In this document: piece after piece, positions 39,649 through 50,499 of the stretch
How positions within the stretch are numbered: position 1 is the stretch's first letter
How the letters are laid out: each line of letters begins with the position of its first letter
Source: Candidatus Poribacteria bacterium
GTDB lineage: Bacteria; Poribacteria; WGA-4E; JAJDTR01
Direction of reading: 5' to 3'
DNA: 64,000 nucleotides
Assembly (NCBI GenBank): GCA_965222225.1
Contig: CBDCTK010000002.1
Coordinates: forward strand, 2,368,001-2,432,000
Position numbers and translations under genes: made by a program
The notes under the pieces: model-generated
Databases searched by the model: none
Told to the model about the DNA's origin: nothing
Seen by the model: the letters and a program-made list of their open reading frames with translations, nothing else

Positions 39649-40623
39649 TTATTGTTTAACGCCTACCTTTAACCTTCCCCAAGTTGTAATCAGCCTATCA
39701 ACTGAATTAACAGATCGCGGCATAGGCTGGTACCACTCCGGCTGATAACTTGAATCTTCGTGGAGTTGTAGGAACGGTTTGGTTATTCCACTTGTAATAT
39801 CTACCATATAGGTTCTAAGTTGTAAATCATCCCTAGTGGAGTGAAATAGAACCTTATCACTATCTGGTGACCATGTAGGGTGTCCATCTATATCTGAGAG
39901 ATGGTCACGTGGCTTGATACCAGTCAATTTCCTCTGATTCCCGCTTTCGATATTTATCATCCAAATCCTAGCAGTAGATACATAGGCAATCTTCTCACCG
40001 TCCGGTGACCATGTCGGGGAACGTTTATATCCAGAGTCAAATGTTAACTGCTTTGGATTCTGTCCGTTACTATCCATTATGAAAATCTGATCAGTATTTG
40101 TTCTACCAGAAACAAACGCTATCTTCGAGCCCCCAGGTGACCAACAGGGTTGCATGTTACCTGCCCCAGTGAGGCTTTGTCTGTTATTTCCGTTAATATC
40201 TATCACACAGATTTGAAAGCGTTGAATTTCAGACTTAGCATTGACAGATTCTTTGTGTTTAGAGTGATACGCAATTCTGTTTCCATCTGGTGACCAAGCT
40301 GGGCTGTCTGCACTAATTTCATCTGTTAATTTGGTTCTATTCCTACGATTAGTATCAATGAGCCAGATTTGAGATGTGCCATTTCTACTAGATTTAAATG
40401 CTATCCTTTTACCGTCGGGTGACCAAGTAGGATTCGTATCAGTTGATGGGTGTATTGTTAATTGCCTTACATCACGGCCATCACCATTTGAAAAGTAAAT
40501 ATCTGGTTTTTCATCAGCTACAGTGCTAGTAAAAGCAACCATTGATTTAGGAACAGCATAACTATTGTCTGCAATCTGAAATACTAGCAAAACTAGAATG
40601 GTGGCAGTGAATTGCTTATTCAT
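39649..40623 (-). CDS. TolB-like PD40 beta-propeller secreted protein
   Basis: Signal peptide; five P.WSP.G/S..I repeats; C-terminal VNSVDRLITTWGRLK; AT-rich. Confidence 0.88.
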   Translation of the reverse strand: MNKQFTATILVLLVFQIADNSYAVPKSMVAFTSTVADEKPDIYFSNGDGRDVRQLTIHPSTDTNPTWSPDGKRIAFKSSRNGTSQIWLIDTNRRNRTKLTDEISADSPAWSPDGNRIAYHSKHKESVNAKSEIQRFQICVIDINGNNRQSLTGAGNMQPCWSPGGSKIAFVSGRTNTDQIFIMDSNGQNPKQLTFDSGYKRSPTWSPDGEKIAYVSTARIWMINIESGNQRKLTGIKPRDHLSDIDGHPTWSPDSDKVLFHSTRDDLQLRTYMVDITSGITKPFLQLHEDSSYQPEWYQPMPRSVNSVDRLITTWGRLKVGVKQ

Positions 40624-40835
40624 TTTTCCCTCCCTTGTCATCTTTACGGGTAATCTCACACAGAAGCGAAAGTAGAATATCCTCTATACGCTCAAACCCT
40701 TTTTCGAGGGTGCGCTGTATTCCGTAAGTGGCTATTGCTATGATAATAGTATTAGGATTAATTCATACATAATATCTCTAAATGAAAAAGGGCAACGCAC
40801 CAAAGCACGCTGCCCTCATGTTTTGCCTTCCATAC

Positions 40836-41291
40836 CTACTCATCACGATACACCATTGAGTAAGAACCTTCTACCCGAGGAAGTTTGTGAAACCATTGGG
40901 CAGTTTCATAAGCCTCAGTATTCTTTGGGCTTGGAAAGAACAGCGCCAATAGTCTGTGAAACTCCAAACTGTCATCAGGTGTCAAGGGTATGTGATGCCT
41001 CACTTTATCTACCAACGTGAAAAATTCATTGATTTCAGAGATGTCACCGTGTTTTTCTATAAGACTCACTCTTAGCTGACTATCCTCTAAGTGCTCGTCT
41101 TCGGGGCAACAGTTCTGACCATCAAGACTTTTAGCCAGTTCCTTATTATGCTCTGAAACTGCGAAAGATTCTAAAGTTGACAAATCGTTGCTCACGCTTG
41201 TTTCACTGTTTTGGTAGTCAACATAAATCACTGAGCCCACCACAGACAAACATGAAACAGTTATTAGAGCAACGAATGTTGAGGTACGCAT
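40836..41291 (-). CDS. Hypothetical membrane-anchored protein
   Basis: 151 aa; GGAGGT SD; N-terminal TM segment. Confidence 0.65.
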   Translation of the reverse strand: MRTSTFVALITVSCLSVVGSVIYVDYQNSETSVSNDLSTLESFAVSEHNKELAKSLDGQNCCPEDEHLEDSQLRVSLIEKHGDISEINEFFTLVDKVRHHIPLTPDDSLEFHRLLALFFPSPKNTEAYETAQWFHKLPRVEGSYSMVYRDE

Positions 41292-41321
41292 GATGTTTCA
41301 CCTCCCGTTGAGAGTTTAAAT

Positions 41322-41648
41322 TCAACAGTCACAGTTCGGGATAATGACCGTATCCACTACCTGTTCGTTGTACTCAACAGTAGTACCGTGAGGGTGATCA
41401 TCATCGCAATCTTCATCAGCATTACGATTATGGCACTTCCTACGATGAGGTGAATCAAGTGGCACAAGATTAGTTTGTTCAGTTTGAAAACAGAACTCAC
41501 CTTGCGGGGTTTCATAGTGGATAATCCAAGTCACTCGCTTATACCTGTCATATCCAGCATCTGCGTCCTCGGTTAACAGATTAACGAACGTTAGAATCCC
41601 CAGTGTGAAAAGCAAGCATGTAATCACTGCTGAAACTTTCCTTAACAT
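41322..41648 (-). CDS. Hypothetical secreted His/Cys/Asp-rich protein
   Basis: 108 aa; AAGGAG SD; signal peptide ending ADA; ends NCDC. Confidence 0.65.
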   Translation of the reverse strand: MLRKVSAVITCLLFTLGILTFVNLLTEDADAGYDRYKRVTWIIHYETPQGEFCFQTEQTNLVPLDSPHRRKCHNRNADEDCDDDHPHGTTVEYNEQVVDTVIIPNCDC

Positions 41649-41936
41649 GATGATTCTCCTTTTCGGTTGTTAGTTAATGCTGCTAATCGTTGCACCCTAT
41701 ATGCAACGTCCTATCAGTTCGTCTCAATGATACTGGTTATAGGTTAAATCGCGGAGAAAGCCGAATGCTCCCCTCGCTTGCGATAACCTTTCGCCTATCG
41801 CGGAACGGCTATCGATTTAAGTTTCACTGATGTACACGTGCATGTCTCATGCCAAAGATCAAAAACACGCCTCGATTCGGTGTCAGTGAAGCCCTTGCGC
41901 TTAGGCGTGATGCGGGTTCAGCGATGTAAATTTTTT

Positions 41937-43185
41937 CGGAATTAGTAGCTTGTAGCTTTTAGACTGACGACAAACATAAAACTTGGTACCCTGTCGTAAA
42001 TCTTTTCGTCACACGTAGATGTCCATAGTGACTATTCTTCTCGTAGGAGTTTGCTATGGACATTTTGAATCTTATGAAAGAGTTTCCAAATCAAGAATCT
42101 TGTCTCAGATTTATAGAGGAAAAACGTTGGAAGGACGGTGTTTGCTGTATCCACTGTGGCAGTGAAAAAGTTGGACGCAAGAACAGAAACGACATTACTA
42201 CTGGTTGGAATTGCTACGATTGTGAATCTAGCTTTTCGGCTACAGCAGGAACCATCTTCCATGGTACCAAGATACCTCTCCAGAAATGGTTTTTGGCTAT
42301 CTCAATCCTTTCCAATGCCAAGAAAAACATATCGAGTTGTCAGCTTGCTCGTGACTTGGACATGAATCAAAAGTCCGCTTGGTATATGGCAATGCGCCTC
42401 CGTGAGAAAATGAGTGATAGTGATGAATTGCTGAAAGGGATAGTTGAAGCAGACGAAACCTATGTCGGCGGCAAACCCAGAGCAAAATCTAAGAGAGGTA
42501 GAGGCACAAATAAATCTCCCGTCATCGGCGTAGTCGAGAGAGGCGGTCGGGTGGTTGCTAAATTCATGAAGGTTCTATCTGGTGAAAATATCAGAGAATT
42601 CATCCTTAGCAATGTCTCACCCGATGAGTCTATTCTTATGACTGATGAATTTCGCTCTTACAATAGTCTGGACGAAGATATCGAAAGACATGTTATCCAT
42701 CACCAAGAGAGATATGTTTCTGAGGACGGCGTAACTCACACCAATACCATCGAGTCGGTTTGGGCTTGTGTCAAGAGGTCATTCTACGGAACGCATCATC
42801 ACTACAGCAAGAAGTGGCTGCCACTGTATATCATGGAGTCTTGCTGGAAATATAATCGCAGAAAAGATGATGAGATTTTCATAAGATTTTTTGATGAATG
42901 CTTCACCTGAGCCACATGAATTGTTTGGCTATCGGTATATTCTGTCAACGACAACATCATGGTATGATGTAAATCCCATAGTGTTGGAAATTAAAATCCC
43001 GCAGATAACCCGCAATGCTCCCGCGAGCATGTACAAACGCTTGGTCAACATGATATGCCTCCATTTCTCTCTTATAGAGATGTATTTTAGTGTGAATCAA
43101 GATTCCGAACACTGTCTAAAGTTATTGTACATTAAGAAAAGAAAAGCAAGCAAATCAACCAAAAAGCAGTTAACTACTAAGTCCC
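41937..43185 (+). mobile_element. IS1595-family insertion sequence, copy 2 (1249 bp, inverted relative to copy 1)
   Basis: Near-identical to 16878-18126; flanks AATTTTTT and TTTTATAA do not form a TSD. Confidence 0.93.
42056..42910 (+). CDS. IS1595 family transposase
   Basis: Differs from copy 1 by K>R, S>N and F>V (IESFW>IESVW). Confidence 0.95.
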   Translation: MDILNLMKEFPNQESCLRFIEEKRWKDGVCCIHCGSEKVGRKNRNDITTGWNCYDCESSFSATAGTIFHGTKIPLQKWFLAISILSNAKKNISSCQLARDLDMNQKSAWYMAMRLREKMSDSDELLKGIVEADETYVGGKPRAKSKRGRGTNKSPVIGVVERGGRVVAKFMKVLSGENIREFILSNVSPDESILMTDEFRSYNSLDEDIERHVIHHQERYVSEDGVTHTNTIESVWACVKRSFYGTHHHYSKKWLPLYIMESCWKYNRRKDDEIFIRFFDECFT

Positions 43186-43238
43186 TTTTATAATAAGGTG
43201 AGGGGGTCAAGTAATGCGTGATGCGTAAAATCGGTTAC

Positions 43239-43323
43239 GATCAAGCGAACGATCAACTGAGTGGATAGCGAAGGCGATAGTAAATCCCACAGTGAGTGCG
43301 ATAGAGCTCCCATAGTAAATCCT
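43239..43323 (+). repeat. Nested GATCAA elements
   Basis: Inner copy 43251-43288 in the loop of outer 43239-43311, plus a tail. Confidence 0.85.
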
Positions 43324-43388
43324 GCTCGCCAATCGCTCACTTGATTGTTATTCCCCACAACTCGACTTCTGATACCAATCGCACACCT

Positions 43389-44768
43389 CTATTTGGGGTT
43401 GAAGGATTCGGCTTTGGCGCGCAACCGCTTCAAGTCGTCCGCGTATGTCTCATCATCAATCAAATTGTGGTTCTCGTCGGGATCGGCTGCCAAATCAAAG
43501 AGTTGCTCGGGCCAACCTTTATCCTCAAAACGGAAATATTTCAGATTGTCGTGCCTGACCATCACCGAAGGTCCGTGTTGATGCGTATGGAGTTCGGAAT
43601 ACGCCTCATTGTGCCAGCTATCCGTCCGCCCCTCCATGAGCGGAACGAGAGAGCGCCCGTCCAACCCCTCCGGGGCGGGCACATTCGCTAGATCGCAGAG
43701 AGTCGGGAAGAGATCTACCAGCGAGACATTCTGTTGAACGATTTGCCCGGGTGGAACGGAATTCCATCTTTCAGCGGCGATTGAAGATCCCTCCGGACAC
43801 GAGAGGAAGAACGGCACGCGCGCCGATGCCTCGAAGTACTGCTGTTTCTCCCACAGCCCCTTTTGTCCCAACATCTCCCCGTGATCGCTCATAAAAGCGA
43901 CGATAAAGTCGTCAAGCACGTTCAACTCCTCAAGCCTCGAGATGACGCGGGCGTACTGCATATCCACCCACTCAATCATGCCGTAGTACGCCGCTGTCGC
44001 CCGATGCGCTTCGCGATAGGTGACATCCTCCCCAATCTTCACCTTGAAGAAATCGTGGCAAGCGAACTTTTCGGGCAAATCCTCAACGTAGGGCTCCACG
44101 CGGCGCATGTAGTAGTTGAATAGGTCTTCGGGGCACTGGTACGGATAGTGCGGACACCACAAGCTGACGGCGAGCAGCAACGGACGGTTGCCCGGTCTGT
44201 CATACGCCTCGTTGACAAAGTATTCCTCAAGGAACATCAAAGCGCCGTCGACGCAATACTTGTCGTGCGACATCCAGTAGCCCTTGCCGACGCGGGCGTT
44301 CGTAACCTCCTTGGCGGACGACCATTTGCCGGTGCCAGGTTCGGTGACGGTCTCGGCGCTGTGCTCGCGATCCTTCGCCGATTCATAGCCGTTCCGTCCC
44401 CGGATGTCTCTGCCGATGCGCTCGTGCCAGCCGTGCATCTGATCGGGACCCGGAAAGTGCATCTTGCCCGCGCCGACCGCTTGATAGCCGTAGCGCGAGA
44501 GGTGTCCGGGGATGGTGACCACTTCGCTCGGCATTTCGTTATTGTTTTCGAGGGCGCCGGTGTTGTGGGGGTACAGACCGGAAAGAAAACTTTGACGCGC
44601 CGGCACGCAGATCGGCGACGGGGTGTAGGCGTTGCGGAAGTATGTGCCTTGGTTGATAAACCGATCGAGGGTGGGCGTGCGAATGTGCGGATTCCCTTCA
44701 ATCGGCATAACATCGGGGCGATGTTCATCGTTGATAAGCAGCAGGATATGGGGCTTTTTTTCGGGCAT
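43389..44768 (-). CDS. Sulfatase (choline-sulfatase-like)
   Basis: C.P.R motif (ICVPARQS), GKMH, PH.P, SDHG and DLFPT. Confidence 0.92.
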   Translation of the reverse strand: MPEKKPHILLLINDEHRPDVMPIEGNPHIRTPTLDRFINQGTYFRNAYTPSPICVPARQSFLSGLYPHNTGALENNNEMPSEVVTIPGHLSRYGYQAVGAGKMHFPGPDQMHGWHERIGRDIRGRNGYESAKDREHSAETVTEPGTGKWSSAKEVTNARVGKGYWMSHDKYCVDGALMFLEEYFVNEAYDRPGNRPLLLAVSLWCPHYPYQCPEDLFNYYMRRVEPYVEDLPEKFACHDFFKVKIGEDVTYREAHRATAAYYGMIEWVDMQYARVISRLEELNVLDDFIVAFMSDHGEMLGQKGLWEKQQYFEASARVPFFLSCPEGSSIAAERWNSVPPGQIVQQNVSLVDLFPTLCDLANVPAPEGLDGRSLVPLMEGRTDSWHNEAYSELHTHQHGPSVMVRHDNLKYFRFEDKGWPEQLFDLAADPDENHNLIDDETYADDLKRLRAKAESFNPK

Positions 44769-44844
44769 GATTTGTCCTTTGAGAAACGGCGGTCAATGGC
44801 AGAAGAGCAGATTTTGCAAATGGTACTACATTTAGAATAGAAGG

Positions 44845-44874
44845 AACCGAGTTTTGAGGAAAAAACTCGGTTTC
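44845..44874. repeat. Palindrome aaccgagttttgaggaaaaaactcggtt
   Basis: Identical copy at ~53989-54016; half-sites near 702 and 16596-16690. Confidence 0.75.
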
Positions 44875-45257
44875 ATTGCACGGTATGGCAACGGTGGAAC
44901 TTTAATCGTACCTACTATCGGTTTTGGCGAGGTTACGTTGGTTACGGCCTCCGGTTTAAGAATGCAATTCTGCGTTACCTAAGTGCCTGTTTTCCAGTTC
45001 ATTAGTCTTCACCCAAACTATCTGCCATATCGACCAAGTCTTGGGCCTCAGAACCTACGGACTCCAACGCATCTCTTAACAATTCCTGAGCACACTCGTT
45101 AAGAGCGTTATCGAATTCGTTTCTTGCGGCGCGGCAAGTCTTCAATAGGGATTCTACTGCTTCAATTACTCTATCTAACTAAATTGGCGGAAGCAGCTTC
45201 TCGATCCATCACAGTGTATCGCCTCCTTTCATTGGCTTAGATGTTAGGGTTTCGTCG

Positions 45258-46115
45258 TTAGGAGACATCCCGAAGTTGAAATGAGAATTTGTTTTTGCTG
45301 TACCCACCATGATGGTGCGCAAAATATACCGCAAACGTTCTTATCTGGTCTGCATTCAATTCCATCTTATCATTTGGATTTGAACATTTCAGTGTTTGGC
45401 ACAATCTGGCCAACAGCCCTTTCCAACTAGATACTTCATATCGTTTCTCTCCAAGTTTGAACGCTACGGGCTTTGTAAATGTCACGGAACGCTCGTCCGA
45501 ACCTTTCATCCAAAAGGTGTCTTTTTTAATGGATTTTCTCTCAGCGTTATCTGCTGTGGGAAGAAACGCTGCCTTTAGCTGTTTTTCAACTGTGTCATGA
45601 TTCTTAAGGTTCTTCTGTTTGACGCTCGTAGACTGTGCCCACGACATCGTGTCCTTGTCCCAGTATACACGAATAGTCACATCAAGGTTCTCTGGCACAC
45701 TGAACTGTCTCTCTGACATCCGGCTTACGATATTCTTCGCGGATTCTTCAGCCAATGATTGCGCTGAGTGTATGGCATTTTGCATCGCCTCGCGGAGCCG
45801 CTCTTCTTCTGCGAGCCGTTGCAACGCATCAAACACAGTTTCACCCTCATTGAGATTTATGTTTGACGTGCCGCTTTTTTCGAATAGCGATGCCAACGTT
45901 TGTAACTGATCTCGATTCAAATTTCCTGGGTTAATCTCAAGCCCTTCCGAGCCAGCCGCATGACAATGGTGTTTAGGCCACGGAGTCCCCAACCTATCGA
46001 ATAAAACTGCCGACTCGCAATCGCACTGAAAGACATAAATCGTGTTGTCACAATGACGACACGTCGTTCTGTAAGTTCTGGCGTTGCACGAGGGGCCATG
46101 GGGTGCGGGTATCAT
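45258..46115 (-). CDS. Hypothetical protein with N-terminal Cys/His zinc-binding motif
   Basis: C..C...C.C...WPKHHC; AAGGAGGT SD. Confidence 0.7.
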   Translation of the reverse strand: MIPAPHGPSCNARTYRTTCRHCDNTIYVFQCDCESAVLFDRLGTPWPKHHCHAAGSEGLEINPGNLNRDQLQTLASLFEKSGTSNINLNEGETVFDALQRLAEEERLREAMQNAIHSAQSLAEESAKNIVSRMSERQFSVPENLDVTIRVYWDKDTMSWAQSTSVKQKNLKNHDTVEKQLKAAFLPTADNAERKSIKKDTFWMKGSDERSVTFTKPVAFKLGEKRYEVSSWKGLLARLCQTLKCSNPNDKMELNADQIRTFAVYFAHHHGGYSKNKFSFQLRDVS

Positions 46116-46782
46116 TGAATTACCTCCTTAAAGGAACAGCCTAGTGAGTAGATTGGGGCGTTCTGGGAGATCTTAGTCATTGCTTCTTGTTCACGGTCAT
46201 ACTACACGCTCAATGCGAATTGGTGCCATATGCAGTCGCAGTTTGTGGGATTAGCGTCACCGTTTTTCAACGTGTTGGAGTAGAACTAGCGCTGTTTCCT
46301 AGGATTGGCAACCGTGCGCCCCTGTGCCGAACGTGATGTCGGCATGATAGCAGATTGGGAGTGTCCAATCAAGAGCAAAGTGAGGCGCAGTGTTTCAGGA
46401 TCTCGGAGAGGGGTTGGTTGAAGGCGTGCGTCGGAATGAGGGGTATTGGCAGGCAAGGAGTGACGCTAAGTATATGAATAAGACGAGAGGGATGACTGCG
46501 ATTATGGCGATGACTACGGTAAATTCCAATCGGGTGGTTTCATCGTTAAGACCTTGTTAGCGCTTATCGACAACTTCGTCTCCGGACTTTGGACGGTGAT
46601 TGTCGTTAAGAGGCTGGCGGTTACCGTGCCGATGAACATGATGGCAATGTCGACGGTGGTGTAGCAGTATTTTTGGGGAAGGGCATGGAGTGGTCTCCTT
46701 ATGGCGCTTTCCTCCCTCCCTTGAGAGATTTCAATTCTTCTCGAATTGCTCTGAGTTCGCTATTGTAATTACCCCGAAAGAT

Positions 46783-47136
46783 TCAGTTGGCTTGGGACTG
46801 GAGCGCCGAGACCGCTTCATTTTCACTCTCGAAATGTTCAAAAGTGTTAATTAGGCGACTTCTAACAATGAGGCTTTTGATGTGTTTACTGACGTTAATG
46901 ACGGCAATTCGCCCTCCTTTCTTTGTGACTGATATATGGGCTTCCATTAAGGCTCCAAGCGACGAACTATCTACCAATGAAACGTCGGCAAAATCGATGA
47001 GAAATTTTGGTCCCTCCTCGCTGTCGGATAGAAAGTTATAGATTTTTCGTCTGAGTTCAGCAGAAGCGCTTCCAATCAACTTGCCATTGGGTTTCACATA
47101 GATGATGTCGTTTCTTTTATAAATGTCGATTTCCAT
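46783..47136 (-). CDS. STAS-domain anti-sigma factor antagonist
   Basis: IDFADVSLVDSSSLGAL; GGAGG SD. Confidence 0.88.
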   Translation of the reverse strand: MEIDIYKRNDIIYVKPNGKLIGSASAELRRKIYNFLSDSEEGPKFLIDFADVSLVDSSSLGALMEAHISVTKKGGRIAVINVSKHIKSLIVRSRLINTFEHFESENEAVSALQSQAN

Positions 47137-47455
47137 TTTCGGCCTCCCGGTAGATTTCTCGGGTGAAGAACGTGTAAGTGTGTGGAGATTAGAGGTCGGT
47201 AAAAAATCGTCCAGTCATAGAGCGAACGATGAAGAAGCGTCCAGCCGCGATGTAATGATCTGAACCCCTTATACAACTTCCCGAAAATGTAAGTGCATAA
47301 ATCGCGTGAATTAAAGTCGCAATTCGGAGATCGCTCCTACAATCCTCCGGATGCTTCACTGCGCAAGTCCTAAGTTGATTTCATTTTCCACACTTAACTC
47401 TGAAGAGTCTAATCTGTTTGCGCTGTCGGACTAGATCTATGCTTTGCAAATATTC

Positions 47456-49060
47456 CTACTCATCAGCATATCCGAACTGGAAGGCGTAGAGGCTTGCCTG
47501 ATGCAGATGGAAAACGACGCGCACCGGCTTATTCCACAACGACCGGACATCGCTGCTGCCGTTCCACCGAACCGTGTGCCAGATCTGCGCGGGGTCGTCG
47601 GAATACACCGGATCGCAATCTTCCGCTGAGAAGCCCTCATACGGCTTGAATTGCGGGTCGAGCACCTCAACCCTGATGTATCCGCCGTAGGCTTCGGCGT
47701 TGAGTCTGAGCGTGTCCCCCTCGAATACGAACTGCCGCGTGGTTGCCTTTCCCTGTTCGTAGGACGGTTTCAGCTCTGCCCAGCCATCCTCTCGCAGGAA
47801 CAGGATGCCGACGGAGCAGGCGTTCATCCTAGGATAGGTTCCCAGCGCGTCGACGAGCTCCCCCCGATTCGCACTCGCTTGTCGATAATTCTCCTCCGGC
47901 GCCATCGTGTTATTGGGACGCTGTTTCTCGGGGCGCGCGCCGTAGACGATGAAAGTCTTGCCGTCGTGAACGAGTTGACCGGCTACGCTATCGTTCAGGA
48001 AGCCGTAATCGTAGCTGCCGGGCCTGCCTCTGTCCGCCCAAGGTCCATCGTCGCCCGCACGACGCCAGTGTTTCCCGTCTCGGCTGGCGTAAAGCGAGAG
48101 GTGGGCGTAGGCGTGGTCGTGCCAATTCCAGTCTCCGGGGGCGCACAGGATAGGCTCCGCCATGAACTCCGTCGCAACCCCGATGTATTGACCGCCGACC
48201 TTGCGCACCGACATGTCGTGAAACTCAAGGTGCGGGGGGAGGTTCGGCTCCCAATCCACGGAGAGCACCACCTCTTTCGGCGACCAGTGCATGAAGTCCG
48301 GGCTTTCCTGCCGTCCAATTTGGCGTTTGCGGTGCAGCATGTTCCAGTGGTGGGAATACTGGCTGTAGGATATCCATTTCTGAATGGACTCGTCCCAGAT
48401 AGGGCGCTGGTAGTGGTGATGTTGGTAGGGCGTGTTCTCGTTGACCGTCGTCCATTGCAGACCGTCGGCAGAGACGCGAAATACGGTTTTCTTTTCAGGT
48501 CCCCTGCTCACGTCCCCCGGATTGTTTATCATGAGGAACTTGCGTTCCTTGTCGCTCTGGTCGTAATTCAGCGCCAACGCGACGTGGTGACCGGAGTTGT
48601 CGAGGACGATATTCGTGGCTTTGTGATCCTCGAAAGGGAGGCACTTTTCGCTGAGCGGCTTTTCCCAATGCAGGGGGTCGTCCGCCTCCGCATAGCATAG
48701 CGCTCGGGTGCGATCCTTCACGTACCAGAGTTTGAACTTGTTGTCGTCGGGGTCTTGCACCGCCGACACCGGAAAAATGCCGCCGCGCAACTCCCACGGG
48801 AGTTCCATTGTCTTGATGATGGGTTCGTCGGGACGGTCGGGTTTGGAAAAGACGCGGGTCACACCGTCAAGCCGATCGAGGATGTGGTTGTCGAGGAACA
48901 GTTGCTTTTCCGTGCCGATGTGCAGGAAGGGCACTTTGTAATCGGGCGGTATGTAGGGATACAGAACATCGACGGGGCGCTTCCCGCTTACGATGTCTTC
49001 GGTCTTGCGTTGGATGTCGAGTTGTTCGGTGGGGCTTTTTCGTTCGGGTTTTTCAATCAT
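47456..49060 (-). CDS. Glycoside-hydrolase-like beta-propeller hypothetical protein
   Basis: QLFLD, YAE.DD...W.KP, S.DG..W repeats; C-terminal EGF...DCDP...D...V.W.G..D domain shared with 60370-61869. Confidence 0.7.
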   Translation of the reverse strand: MIEKPERKSPTEQLDIQRKTEDIVSGKRPVDVLYPYIPPDYKVPFLHIGTEKQLFLDNHILDRLDGVTRVFSKPDRPDEPIIKTMELPWELRGGIFPVSAVQDPDDNKFKLWYVKDRTRALCYAEADDPLHWEKPLSEKCLPFEDHKATNIVLDNSGHHVALALNYDQSDKERKFLMINNPGDVSRGPEKKTVFRVSADGLQWTTVNENTPYQHHHYQRPIWDESIQKWISYSQYSHHWNMLHRKRQIGRQESPDFMHWSPKEVVLSVDWEPNLPPHLEFHDMSVRKVGGQYIGVATEFMAEPILCAPGDWNWHDHAYAHLSLYASRDGKHWRRAGDDGPWADRGRPGSYDYGFLNDSVAGQLVHDGKTFIVYGARPEKQRPNNTMAPEENYRQASANRGELVDALGTYPRMNACSVGILFLREDGWAELKPSYEQGKATTRQFVFEGDTLRLNAEAYGGYIRVEVLDPQFKPYEGFSAEDCDPVYSDDPAQIWHTVRWNGSSDVRSLWNKPVRVVFHLHQASLYAFQFGYADE

Positions 49061-49227
49061 AAATTGTCCTTCCTAGTATTATGTCCCTCAGAGTTACAAG
49101 GGGAGTGCCTCATCGTGATTTTATCGTCATCTGCTATACACCTGTCGCCCCTCTGGGGCTATTAGAAATTGGGCAATCAACAGGTCGCGATTCGGAGATC
49201 GCTCCTACAGAAGTAACACAATAAATC

Positions 49228-49308
49228 AATCTCTATCGTGGTCGCTGTGGGATCTACTATCGCCTTCCCTAATCAGGCAGTTGGTCTCCTTTGATCGGTC
49301 AGTTGCTC
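49228..49308 (-). repeat. Reverse-oriented GATCAA elements
   Basis: Copy 49249-49286 plus stacked 5' parts. Confidence 0.7.
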
Positions 49309-49547
49309 CTTCGCCAACCACTTAGATTATCACGTTGGGTTTCACTAGGTTTCCGAGATTTCAACCGACATCAAACCTCGAAAACCAAGTGGAATATTTT
49401 GTGTTTTCGGTTGATGCCGTTCAACCCAACCTACGTGCTGAAGGAGCGATTTCTGGATCACGATAAGTCGGGAATCGGAATTCCCTCCTACAGGCGACAC
49501 ACGTAGAGCGTATATTCCACGTACGTTCTTCGGAGAATGCGCTCAGA

Positions 49548-50378
49548 CTATAAACCGCTTTTCAATTTCGCCCACGTCGTCGAGAGCTTGCCTCCCGGCT
49601 CGACAGCTAGGAACACGCCACGCGCGTTGCTCATAACCTCGACGGGGGTCAGCGCCTTGTCGTAAACACGGACGATAGAGAACGACCCGTTGAAGGTGCG
49701 GCGCCGTTCATCAAAGGAATTCGCGCCGATGGAAATGTCGTTTAGCGGCAGTCGGTTGTCGAAATCCACGCCGGGTCCCTTAGCGACTTCCTTTCCGTCT
49801 TGCTAGGCTACAATCGATTTCTTGTCCGTGCCGACAATGGTCACCCACGTCCACACGTCCTGCTCCAAAGCAACCTTCAGCGCTTGTCCGGTTTTGGTGC
49901 CCTTGGCATGGATGGACATATCAAGATTCCCGTCGCCTCCCAACAGCCAAAGGCGGAGTCCCTGCCGTCCCTCCCTTGGACTGTTCTGAAAACCGGCGAA
50001 GTGATGTTCCTCAACAAAAAGTCCGCCGTTGCGTTTACAGAGGAACTCGATAGTCCAATCCTCAACAAACAACTTAGGATTCCTCGTCACCGGTCCGCCA
50101 AAGGTCTCCTTCGATTTCCTTGCCGTGTAATACATCGCTTTTTGCTCGTCAATCCCAAGCGCAGGGATTCTGATTTTTCCCTCTTCAAGCTTTGGAGCCT
50201 GGTCGGCGACGAGTAGTGATCCACCAGCCTCGCCAAGGTTTTTCCAAGCCTTCGGATAATCGGGGTTGTCCGAGGCATCAAGGTAGAGCAGGGCGCCGGG
50301 GATGGCGTCGGCAAGCGCGACGGTGCAAGCGCTCGCCAAGAAAAACAGTATTGTCAAGGTCAAAGCAACTTTTTTCAT
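49548..50378 (-). pseudogene. LamG-like secreted protein with in-frame amber stop
   Basis: Paralog of 52480-53313; VA*QDG (TAG at 49803-49805) versus VAYQDG; frame continues to AVEPGGKLSTTWAKLK. Confidence 0.85.
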
Positions 50379-50499
50379 TTTGGTATCTCCCCTTAGGTTT
50401 ATGGGTACTTTAAGGGTATTTCTACCAATTTGGTAGATTCAGTTTGAAACTGCGCTGTCTGCAAACAGCCACTGCAAATTAGGCGGTAAACTTCTCACT

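Noticed and set aside
16878-43185. Composite transposon or inversion bounded by the two IS1595 copies
   Set aside because: Copy 1 has its own intact TSD on both sides, and the flanks of copy 2 match neither.
47651-48700. Long antisense ORFs (47651-48700, 60388-61674, 44148-44840, 58838-59647, 27162-27908)
   Set aside because: Shadow frames of GC-rich genes that have clear family motifs on the opposite strand.
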